A stretch of DNA of 56,002 nucleotides, taken from contig CAYQYU010000006.1 in assembly GCA_964421955.1 (NCBI GenBank), forward strand, positions 8,382 through 64,383, read 5' to 3'. Below, in pieces: positions 46,554 to 54,318 of this stretch. A program made the position numbers and the translations under genes. Origin of the DNA: an uncultured archaeon (lineage in GTDB: Archaea > Nanohalarchaeota > Nanosalinia > Nanosalinales > Nanosalinaceae). Each line of letters begins with the position of its first letter. Positions within the stretch are counted from its first letter, which is position 1. The notes under the pieces were generated by a model, which was not told the DNA's origin, searched no databases, and was given only the letters and a program-made list of their open reading frames with translations.

Positions 46554-47692
46554 GGGATAACGTGACGGCATCCGGGGAGGGAGAAAATCTCAGATTTTCG
46601 TTCCCCGACGAACCTGAAGATTTCAGCTCCCGCAGAGATAATGCCCATAGACTGATTCAGGAACTCGAGATGCCGGAATCTATAAGGACTCCGGGAAGGA
46701 CCTGGACCCGATATCCCTATATTGAAATAGATACCGTAGAGCTTGTCGAACCTGAGATAGATGTCGAGGGCAGCGCCTCGGTACATACGGGAGGTAAGGC
46801 AGTTGAGAAAGCGGATGATAAACTGCTGGATGCCGTAAAGCCGGGGGAGAACAGGTTGAACGCAATCCACACTGCGAGGATGAACTCTCTGGTACACATT
46901 GAGGCGACTGGAGATGCAGACATCGAGATAGTTTACGATGAAGAGACTCCGGTGTTCGCGCACCTCGTGGTCGAGACCGATGAGAGTTCAGAGCTGAATA
47001 TTACGGAGAAGTTCCATGGCTCGGGAAGGATACAGACTTCTTTCAACGAGCTGTATATTGGAGAGAACTCGACTGTTAACTTCGGCGCGGTCGAGTCTTT
47101 TGAAGCCGAGTTAAGTTACGCACACAGGAAGGCCGTACTTTCCCGGAACGCAAGCGTCAACTGGCTGAACGCCCAGTTTTCTGGAGCAATAAACCGGACG
47201 AAAATCGAGACAGTGCTCAAGGGCGATGGTTCCTCAACCGAGAAGACAGGTGTCTGGTACCCTGTGGACGATCAGCACTTCGATCTGGCGCTTGAGGTCT
47301 ACCACCGTGGGGAGAACACCAAATGCGACATGGACTCCCGGGCAGTGGTCGATGATAGGGCACGTTCAGTCTACGAAGGCCTCCAGCAGGTTGGAGACAG
47401 CGCGGAGAACACGAAGAGCTTCCAGGACCAGAAGACGCTGATGCTTTCCGACAGTGCGGAGGACGACGCGTCGCCCAAGTTGATGATCGAGAACCCAGAC
47501 GTGGAGGCATCACATGCAGCCTCCTCCGGCGGCGTACCTGGAGACGAGCTGCACTACCTGAAGTCTCGCGGGATTCCCAGGGAGCAGGCCCGCCGATTGG
47601 TTGTGAAGGGCTACTTCGAGCCGGTGATGGAGCAGATCACGTTGCCAGACTTGAAGAATTCTATAAGAGAGGAAGTCGAGAAAAAGCTCTAG
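46550..47692 (+). CDS. sufD: Fe-S cluster assembly protein SufD
   Basis: P-x-L-x-I...V-x-ASHA, YLKSRGI; overlaps sufB stop. Confidence 0.92.
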   Translation: MRDNVTASGEGENLRFSFPDEPEDFSSRRDNAHRLIQELEMPESIRTPGRTWTRYPYIEIDTVELVEPEIDVEGSASVHTGGKAVEKADDKLLDAVKPGENRLNAIHTARMNSLVHIEATGDADIEIVYDEETPVFAHLVVETDESSELNITEKFHGSGRIQTSFNELYIGENSTVNFGAVESFEAELSYAHRKAVLSRNASVNWLNAQFSGAINRTKIETVLKGDGSSTEKTGVWYPVDDQHFDLALEVYHRGENTKCDMDSRAVVDDRARSVYEGLQQVGDSAENTKSFQDQKTLMLSDSAEDDASPKLMIENPDVEASHAASSGGVPGDELHYLKSRGIPREQARRLVVKGYFEPVMEQITLPDLKNSIREEVEKKL

Positions 47693-48513
47693 GAGCTCTT
47701 GGGGTTCGTTTTTCTGTGGTTGAACCAGTCTCTGTGGCCGTACATTACTCGGGCTACAAGGGAGGGTTCTGCATATTCCTGTCCGTAAATCCCTACTAGG
47801 CCGTCTTTACCATAACCTTTTCTTTCTGTGCCGAATTCATCTCCATGCTCTGCTCTTTCCCGGTTTTCTTCTTGCTTACTATTCATGTAGTTTTCGGGGC
47901 TGTCCGGGAGCTGTTCGAGTATGTCTCTTCCTATCAGAAGGACGCCTGCAGTTCTCGTTCCTATCTCTTTCTGGTAGGATGATAGATTTCTTTCCCAGTT
48001 TCTGTTGAGCAAATTATAGATGTTATCTTTCTCTGTTGCAGGACTTAGCTGCGCTACAGCGTCTCTCGCTCTTGACTGAACCGGTCCTACCCATTCCAGA
48101 TCTGTTTCTGTGGTTAGGGGGTTCTGGTTATAGTGCTGGAGCAAACTGTCTAGTCTTTCATACTCATCGTCATGTTCTTCTGTGATATCGAGCAGGGATT
48201 CAAGATAGTCTGAAGGTTCTTTTTCGAGGGATTCTAGAGCGTCTCGGGAAAATATCATTAGATCTACGGCTTCGGATCCGATATCTCTGTGTGAGTTATC
48301 CGGGCTCTGCCCGGTCAGGTCTGGCTCGGCTGACGAGACCATGAGTTCCACGGCCTCATCATAGGCTCTTCCGAGCATGTAATCCAGTTCAACGAGGCGT
48401 ACCCGGGGCCTCCATTTTTCTGGAGCTGACTCTATGTGCTCTCTGGTGCTCCATCCCATTTCTTTCTCGAATTTGTCCTGAGTTCTCCAGAATCCAGCAG
48501 ACACTCCACCCAC
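47689..48513 (-). CDS. Hypothetical protein, possible MazG-like NTP pyrophosphohydrolase
   Basis: DEAVEL ... SEAVDLMIF (ExxE...ExxD); start uncertain. Confidence 0.55.
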   Translation of the reverse strand: MGGVSAGFWRTQDKFEKEMGWSTREHIESAPEKWRPRVRLVELDYMLGRAYDEAVELMVSSAEPDLTGQSPDNSHRDIGSEAVDLMIFSRDALESLEKEPSDYLESLLDITEEHDDEYERLDSLLQHYNQNPLTTETDLEWVGPVQSRARDAVAQLSPATEKDNIYNLLNRNWERNLSSYQKEIGTRTAGVLLIGRDILEQLPDSPENYMNSKQEENRERAEHGDEFGTERKGYGKDGLVGIYGQEYAEPSLVARVMYGHRDWFNHRKTNPKSS

Positions 48514-48599
48514 CAGTAATTACTTATAGATAACAACATATAAGCCTTGGGGGCTTCCAGTTGGTTTGACCTAAAAAGTTTTAACTGAAAGACGTTTTC

Positions 48600-49802
48600 A
48601 TGGAGCCGGAAAAACTCAGGAAGGACTTCCCAATTTTCAGGGAGCACCCGGAGCTTGTGTACCTCGATAATGCGGCGACATCCCAGAAACCGGAACAGGT
48701 AATTGATCGGGTAAAGAGGTTCTATGAGGAGAGCAACTCCAACCCTGGACGTTCCCTCCATTCCCTGGCTCGGGATGCGACCCGGCAGTATAGAGAGGCG
48801 CGGTCAAACGTTGCGGACTTCATAAATGCGAGACCGGAAGAGATAGTTTTCACAAGAAACACTACGGAGGCGATCAACCTGGTTGCGGAATCGCTTGAAC
48901 TTGAGGGCGAAATTCTGGTGCCGGAGAGCTCACATCACTCCGAGCAGCTTCCGTTACGTAGGAAGGCGGAAGAGAGCGGCCTGGAGTTCGAGTTCATACC
49001 GGTGGAAGACGGCAGGATAGATCTTGACGCCGCGAGAGAAATGATCGATGACGATACAGCGCTTGTCTCGGTTTCCCAGATCTCGAACGTTTTCGGAACC
49101 GAGGCCCCGGTAGAGAAGCTGGCGGAAATTGCGCACGAACACGACGCTTACATCATGGTCGACGCGGCCCAGTCTGCGCCCAGAATGCCTGTAGACGTTG
49201 AAAAACTCGATGTTGATTTCCTCGTCTTCTCCGGCCACAAGATGCTCGGTCCGACTGGAATTGGCGTGCTCTACGGCAGAAAATCGCTTCTCAGGGGGAT
49301 GGAGCCGTACCAGGTAGGCGGTGGTATGATCCGGTCGGTGAAACGGGATGGCGTGGAATGGGAGGAGCTGCCTGAGAAGTTTGAAGCGGGCACCCCGAAT
49401 GTTGCGGGAGCCCTGGGACTTGCGGAGGCGATCAAGTATCTCCAGGATATCGGGATGGAGGAGGTATACCGTCACGACCGGAAACTGTCGCGTATGCTCG
49501 CTGACAGGCTTCGCAGTATCGAAGGAGTCGAGGTCCTGTCACCGGAGAACACGTCGCTGGTTTCTTTCACGATGGAAGAGGCACATCCACATGATATATC
49601 CGAAATTATGGATCGAGAAAATGTCGCGATAAGGGCCGGACATCACTGCGCTCAACCTTTGATGGAGTCGCTGGAGGTAACTGCCACTGCCCGCGTGTCT
49701 CCCTACATTTACAACACCGAGGATGATGTCGAAAGGTTCGTGGAGGCAGTCCGGGAAGTGAAGGAGGTGTTTTCTACTGATGTACAGGGAAGAAATCCTT
49801 GA
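48600..49802 (+). CDS. sufS: Cysteine desulfurase SufS
   Basis: YLDNAATSQKP, DAAQS, SGHKM, FEAGTP, RAGHHCAQP. Confidence 0.97.
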   Translation: MEPEKLRKDFPIFREHPELVYLDNAATSQKPEQVIDRVKRFYEESNSNPGRSLHSLARDATRQYREARSNVADFINARPEEIVFTRNTTEAINLVAESLELEGEILVPESSHHSEQLPLRRKAEESGLEFEFIPVEDGRIDLDAAREMIDDDTALVSVSQISNVFGTEAPVEKLAEIAHEHDAYIMVDAAQSAPRMPVDVEKLDVDFLVFSGHKMLGPTGIGVLYGRKSLLRGMEPYQVGGGMIRSVKRDGVEWEELPEKFEAGTPNVAGALGLAEAIKYLQDIGMEEVYRHDRKLSRMLADRLRSIEGVEVLSPENTSLVSFTMEEAHPHDISEIMDRENVAIRAGHHCAQPLMESLEVTATARVSPYIYNTEDDVERFVEAVREVKEVFSTDVQGRNP

Positions 49803-50130
49803 TCACTACAGGAACCCCCGGAACTCTGGTGCTCTTGAGAATGCGAGAGAGGCCGAGGGAGACAACCCGAGCTGCGGAGACCACACTCACGTCTACCTTG
49901 AGGTTGAAGACGGCAGGGTGAAGAGCATAAAGCACGAGACTGATGGATGCGCGATCTCGACCTCTGCAACATCGATTCTCTCCCGCGAGATAGAGGGAAT
50001 GCCCGTGGAAGATATAGAGGAGCTGGACAGGGACTGGATGCTTGAAACTCTGGGCATTGAGGTTTCACCCATGAGGGTGAAGTGTGCGGTTCTCGGACTC
50101 AAAACGGTACAAAAAGCTTTGGAGGAGTAA
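49780..50130 (+). CDS. sufU: SufU/IscU-type scaffold protein
   Basis: YREEILDHY, NPSCGD, GCAIS, RVKCA. Confidence 0.93.
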   Translation: MYREEILDHYRNPRNSGALENAREAEGDNPSCGDHTHVYLEVEDGRVKSIKHETDGCAISTSATSILSREIEGMPVEDIEELDRDWMLETLGIEVSPMRVKCAVLGLKTVQKALEE

Positions 50131-50137
50131 ATCATAC

Positions 50138-50875
50138 ATGACGCTAGAAATAAAAGATCTCGAGGTTTCTATCGACGGCGAGAAGATCGTGAAAGGAGTC
50201 TCTCTTGAAGTCGAGCCGGGTGAAATCCACGCCCTGATGGGGCCCAACGGCTCGGGTAAATCAACGCTCGCCCACGCCCTGATGGGCAACCCCAAGTACT
50301 CGGTCGATGCCGGCCAGGTAATAATAGATGGGGAGGGGGTGACAGGTGAAGAGGCGGATAAAAGAGCCCGTGAAGGCTTGTTCCTGGCTTTCCAATACCC
50401 GAGCGAAATCTCCGGTATAACTGTCGCGGAGTTCCTGAAGGAGGCGATTGACGCTGGCAGGGACGAACCTATGCCCCAGAAGGAGTTCAATGAGCACCTG
50501 AGAGAGAAACTTGAGCTACTTGACATGGAGGAGGAGTTCGCCCGCAGATATCTGAACGACGGTTTCTCCGGTGGCGAGAAGAAGCGCACGGAAATACTAC
50601 AGATGAGTGTCCTGGAGCCGAAGTACGCGGTGCTTGACGAGATCGACTCAGGTCTGGACATCGACGCCCTGAGAGTTGTCTCGGAGGGTATCAATACTGT
50701 CGCCCGGGAACAGAATATTGGGCTACTGATGATAACACACTACCAGAGAATCCTCGACTACGTTGAACCTGATCATGTCCACGTCATGATCGATGGAAAG
50801 ATCGTTGAGTCCGGAGGCCCTGAAATGGCCCAGAAACTCGAAGCCGAAGGCTATGACTGGGCAAAAGAAAACTGA
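50138..50875 (+). CDS. sufC: Fe-S cluster assembly ATPase SufC
   Basis: GPNGSGKST, FLAFQYP, FSGGEKKR, LDEIDSGLD, ITHY. Confidence 0.97.
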   Translation: MTLEIKDLEVSIDGEKIVKGVSLEVEPGEIHALMGPNGSGKSTLAHALMGNPKYSVDAGQVIIDGEGVTGEEADKRAREGLFLAFQYPSEISGITVAEFLKEAIDAGRDEPMPQKEFNEHLREKLELLDMEEEFARRYLNDGFSGGEKKRTEILQMSVLEPKYAVLDEIDSGLDIDALRVVSEGINTVAREQNIGLLMITHYQRILDYVEPDHVHVMIDGKIVESGGPEMAQKLEAEGYDWAKEN

Positions 50876-50892
50876 TTTTCGGGTCTTCTTAC

Positions 50893-51039
50893 CTACATCC
50901 CGAGTACAGACTTTACTCTTCCGAAGAGACCGTTTCCGCCTTCGACCTTACTGATGTCCTCTGATCCACAGGGACACTGCTCAGGTTCTTCTGGTGCTTC
51001 CACGGTATTTCCGCATTCTTCACACTTCCATTCCGCCAT
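50893..51039 (-). CDS. 48-aa rubredoxin-like/zinc-ribbon microprotein (not in ORF track)
   Basis: MAEWKCEECGNTVEAPEEPEQCPCGS... Confidence 0.75.
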   Translation of the reverse strand: MAEWKCEECGNTVEAPEEPEQCPCGSEDISKVEGGNGLFGRVKSVLGM

Positions 51040-51167
51040 TTATACCACGTAGAAGTTCTAATGCGAGCTCCAATATAAAAATACCGTTGTTACCGGAATT
51101 AACGGAATATCCTCGACTCCTTTATAAAGGCGGTGACTCGCATTACCCGCTGGAGGTGGGAAACCTA

Positions 51168-51377
51168 ATGGAAAAAATTGAATTCAGGTGCCTCAACTGC
51201 GGAAACCGGGTAGAAAAAGACCTTCTGCCAGGTAAACACACCATACTCGGAACTCTACCAATAGTCAACAAACAGCAGAACTGCTGCGAGCGACCAGAGT
51301 ACGAGGACAACAGAGGCTATCACAGGAACATGGTGGAGCGCTCTTTCAGAGACCTGATACCCGGCGTCCGCGCGTAG
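51168..51377 (+). CDS. 69-aa Cys-containing microprotein
   Basis: CLNCG...CCERP; GGAGGTG SD and TTTATAAA upstream. Confidence 0.7.
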   Translation: MEKIEFRCLNCGNRVEKDLLPGKHTILGTLPIVNKQQNCCERPEYEDNRGYHRNMVERSFRDLIPGVRA

Positions 51378-51389
51378 CCTTTTTTCTCT

Positions 51390-52037
51390 TTATTTATTCT
51401 CAAGCTTCAGGAACAGGTGCTCTTTCTCGTACGGCTCCAGTCTAGTCTCTTCAACGATCTCGAAGCTTTTCTCCAGTTTTTCCCTGACTTCTCCAAAAAT
51501 TTCTTCGGCGTCTCCCGATGAGATCGATCGGGCCTTGACCGCGATTAATGCAACGCCGTCTTCTTTCAGGTACTTCTCGCAGTTCTTCGCCAGTATCTCG
51601 GCTTGATCGCGCTGCGAGATATCCTGGTAGACTGCGTCAACTTCTTCCATCGTTCCGCTGTACTCCTCTGGTTTCCGGGCATCGGCAATTATTGGCGCGA
51701 TATTTCCGCGTTTGCCTGCGAGCTCCACGAGCTTTCTCGCAGGCTCTTCCGAGTACTCGACTGCGTAAATGAAACCGTCGCGTAGAATATCGGAGAAGTG
51801 CGATACAGTGGTTCCGGACGCAGCACCGAGGTAGAGTATTCCGTCCCCAGGCATAATTCCGGGTTCGACCCCGTTCATTACGGCTGCAGCGGCCTTGGAA
51901 CGCCAGGGATTCCACTCCCGGTACTCTTCTCCTTCCCGGTGCACAAGCTTCTCACCATAGACTTTTTCCCCGGGAACAGCGTTCAGTGTGTAAATGCTGT
52001 CGTTCTCCCGGAAGATGCCGGGCTGTATCTCTTCCAT
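51390..52037 (-). CDS. flpA: Fibrillarin (C/D sRNP 2'-O-methyltransferase)
   Basis: VYGE, REWNPWRSK, LYLGAASGTTVSH, DARKP, YQDISQ. Confidence 0.97.
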   Translation of the reverse strand: MEEIQPGIFRENDSIYTLNAVPGEKVYGEKLVHREGEEYREWNPWRSKAAAAVMNGVEPGIMPGDGILYLGAASGTTVSHFSDILRDGFIYAVEYSEEPARKLVELAGKRGNIAPIIADARKPEEYSGTMEEVDAVYQDISQRDQAEILAKNCEKYLKEDGVALIAVKARSISSGDAEEIFGEVREKLEKSFEIVEETRLEPYEKEHLFLKLENK

Positions 52038-52043
52038 TTGTGA

Positions 52044-52790
52044 TCACTCTTCCAGCTCTTCAAACTTCTCCCGGGCTTCTTCCTGGAGTTCGCCGCCCTT
52101 CTCTTTGTCGCCGTATTGATCAAGGCGTGCGGCCATCGCGGCCTTGTTCGCGAGGAAACGGGCCATCTTGCCCCGCTTGTCATCTGGAAGACCGGACACG
52201 AACTGGTGCTCGAATAGGACGCCATGCTTTGGAGGTGCGCCCTCTCCTCTCAGGTGGCGGAAAAGCGCTTTCTCCGCGCCGAGCATCTGTATCGTCGAGG
52301 CCGGACTTTTCGCGAGCTTTTCAAGCGAGCCGGACAGCGCCACGAGCTTGGCGGTGATCACCGGCCCGAGGAGTTCCGAAAGGTTCGGCATCTCTTCCCG
52401 GGAAATGTCTCTGATGTACTGTTCGAGCCCCTCCCTGTAGTCGAGGTCCGCTTCAAGCTTCTCTGCGGTTTCCTTCAGTATTTCCAGGTCTCTGTCCAGG
52501 AAGTCTTTACCGGTAGAATCTTCGGCGAGAGATGGAAAAGAGTCGAGTTCCTCCCGGTCGACTTCCCGGGAGAGTATCTTCAGAAATTCTTCGTCGTCCT
52601 GTATCTCCTCTTCGAGCTCTGGAAAGTGCAATGAGTACCAGTCCCGGAAGCGCTCCACTTCCTTCCTCAGGCTTTCCTCTGCCTGGTCGAGCTGTTTCAC
52701 TGCTTTCACGAGAAGCTGATCTCTATCGACCTCGGACCTTAACTGTTCACGGGCTTTCTCGATGGCTTCCTCTCTCTTGTCGTTGTTCAT
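52044..52790 (-). CDS. nop5: Nop5 (C/D sRNP scaffold), short form
   Basis: WYSLHFPEL, MPNL, PASTIQMLGAEKALFRHL, PKHG, RGKMAR. Confidence 0.95.
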   Translation of the reverse strand: MNNDKREEAIEKAREQLRSEVDRDQLLVKAVKQLDQAEESLRKEVERFRDWYSLHFPELEEEIQDDEEFLKILSREVDREELDSFPSLAEDSTGKDFLDRDLEILKETAEKLEADLDYREGLEQYIRDISREEMPNLSELLGPVITAKLVALSGSLEKLAKSPASTIQMLGAEKALFRHLRGEGAPPKHGVLFEHQFVSGLPDDKRGKMARFLANKAAMAARLDQYGDKEKGGELQEEAREKFEELEE

Positions 52791-52799
52791 TAGAATCAG

Positions 52800-53297
52800 C
52801 TACTTGATGGAACGGATGCCCAGCATGTGCATCTTGATCTCCACTTCATCTGTTTCCCGGCCGAGTTCATCCGCGAGTTCCTCTGGATCGGTTTCTGGGT
52901 TCTGCACAAGGAAGCGCTCCTCCCAGCGCGAGAACCCGTGCCACTCGTCGATCTCCTGGAGTTTTTCCTGGAACTCCGTGTCTTTCTCAAGGAACTTCTT
53001 CATCTCCTCGTTGTCGAGGTGGTGCCGGTTCTTGGTCAGGTGTTCGACCTCCTGCGGATCCCATGTAAACGGGATCTTGCTCGTAGAGTCTTTCTCAGCT
53101 CTTTCGTCCATCTTATTCCTTTTCTTGAAGTTCCAAGAACTTCTGCTACCAGAAGACTTTGACGAGTCTTCGGGCGTCTTCATCTCCGGCTTTTCAACGC
53201 CTTCTTCTCCCACTTCCGATAGCTGCTCGTTCAGGAGCTCCTTGGCCTTGTCAACCAGATAGTCCTCGTATTCGTCTTCGTCCATTCCGCGACCCAT
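52800..53297 (-). CDS. Hypothetical acidic protein with Myb/HTH-like segments
   Basis: W-x-x-x-E-x-x-x-L and F-x-x-x-EE-x-FL...LA-x-ELGR patterns; start 53297 or 53285. Confidence 0.65.
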   Translation of the reverse strand: MGRGMDEDEYEDYLVDKAKELLNEQLSEVGEEGVEKPEMKTPEDSSKSSGSRSSWNFKKRNKMDERAEKDSTSKIPFTWDPQEVEHLTKNRHHLDNEEMKKFLEKDTEFQEKLQEIDEWHGFSRWEERFLVQNPETDPEELADELGRETDEVEIKMHMLGIRSIK

Positions 53298-53387
53298 AAC
53301 CCAGAATTCGCTGGCAAGCTTGAAAACCTCTTCCCTCACCTCCGGGCTATTTAAGAAACTAACAAACTCAACACTCAATACTTGGAA

Positions 53388-53481
53388 GCCATCGCCTGGT
53401 TAAGCTCAGGCGGCACGTAATGAGGAGCAGAGCTCCTCGACCGGTTTAGCCGGTCATGATGATGAAACTTTCAGAAGTTTC
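53388..53481 (+). ncRNA. Structured leader/candidate sRNA directly upstream of tRNA-Gly
   Basis: Four hairpins plus ATGATGA; TATA-like TATTTAAG at 53348-53355. Confidence 0.4.
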
Positions 53482-53614
53482 GCGGCGTTGGTCCAGTGGC
53501 TAAGACTCTGGCCTTCCAGGGCGTGTTACGGTACGCCAACCCAATAAAGGCTCCAGTAGGTGCCTGCACGTCAGGAGACAGCCAGCAACCCGGGTTCAAA
53601 TCCCGGACGCCGCA
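53482..53614 (+). tRNA. tRNA-Gly(TCC) containing a 61-nt intron (53519-53579)
   Basis: GCGGCGT/ACGCCGC-A acceptor; CTGGC/GCCAG stem; CTTCCA|intron|A; TTCAAAT T-loop; CTTC/GGAG central helix. Confidence 0.93.
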
Positions 53615-53686
53615 TATAATAATTCTTAGATATTATAATTTACACGGAACTGGGTGACGATACTTAGTCTCTTTCTGCTGGACTTT

Positions 53687-54184
53687 CTATTTCTCTATTA
53701 CTACAGTTCCAGCAGCCAGGTCACCTACACGTTGGGAATCTTCAGTTATCGCTATACTTAATATACCTATAATGTAAAAAACCGGAAGCCCATCCACAAT
53801 CCGTAGAACGTTTCTGATTGCTGCTTGTCCAAAACTTATAGAATCTCCCTTCTTGCTAGTAACTCTAATATCTACTATATTTTTCCCTATTGTAGAGCCG
53901 CTCTTACTTTCTAAAACAGTAAAATATCCAATAAAAATCAGCGAATATATACCGATACTGGAAATCATTAAACTAAAACCAGTGGCCATTGAAAATAGAA
54001 CATCTAAAACTATCAGTAATGCAAAAAGTAGGCTCGCAAGAACCCAATCAACAATAAAGCCAATAGCTCTCTTCCCTAAACCAGCAAAGGATGTCTCTTG
54101 GCCTCTATTAGGGCTTTCTGAAGATCTTTTGGATTGATCCAGTGATTGGTTATTTATTTGATTTCTTCGCATTTTATTTGACAT
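53687..54184 (-). CDS. RDD-family membrane protein
   Basis: KRAIGFIVD, G-x-TIGK...IRV, IRN, QRVGDLAAGT-x-V. Confidence 0.92.
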   Translation of the reverse strand: MSNKMRRNQINNQSLDQSKRSSESPNRGQETSFAGLGKRAIGFIVDWVLASLLFALLIVLDVLFSMATGFSLMISSIGIYSLIFIGYFTVLESKSGSTIGKNIVDIRVTSKKGDSISFGQAAIRNVLRIVDGLPVFYIIGILSIAITEDSQRVGDLAAGTVVIEK

Positions 54185-54237
54185 CTTCTAAGTTTAACTT
54201 AGTTGAAATTTGTTATTTATAGTTTTTTGTTTTAGGG

Positions 54238-54255
54238 AAATCCCGGACGCCGCAT
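54238..54255 (+). repeat. Duplicated tRNA-Gly 3' end (att core)
   Basis: 18/18 identity to 53598-53615. Confidence 0.92.
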
Positions 54256-54318
54256 CCGTAGACACATTTCGGGTTGACCCCGTGTTTATCAAGGGGTGAA
54301 CCGACCTTGCATTACGCT

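Larger units (their letters stand above)
53598..54255. mobile_element. 640-bp att-bounded mini-island at the tRNA-Gly 3' end
   Basis: Exact direct repeat AAATCCCGGACGCCGCAT at 53598-53615 and 54238-54255; visibly AT-rich interior. Confidence 0.85.

Noticed and set aside
49780-49802. sufS/sufU overlap as a programmed frameshift
   Set aside because: Short overlaps are common in this compact genome and both proteins look complete
3051-53262. Many antisense or alternate-frame ORFs over housekeeping genes
   Set aside because: Typical shadows of GAN-codon-rich acidic genes, with no recognisable motifs
53415-53481. Hammerhead ribozyme in the tRNA-Gly leader
   Set aside because: TGATGA and GAAA are adjacent with no stem II between them, and there is no CTGANGA core
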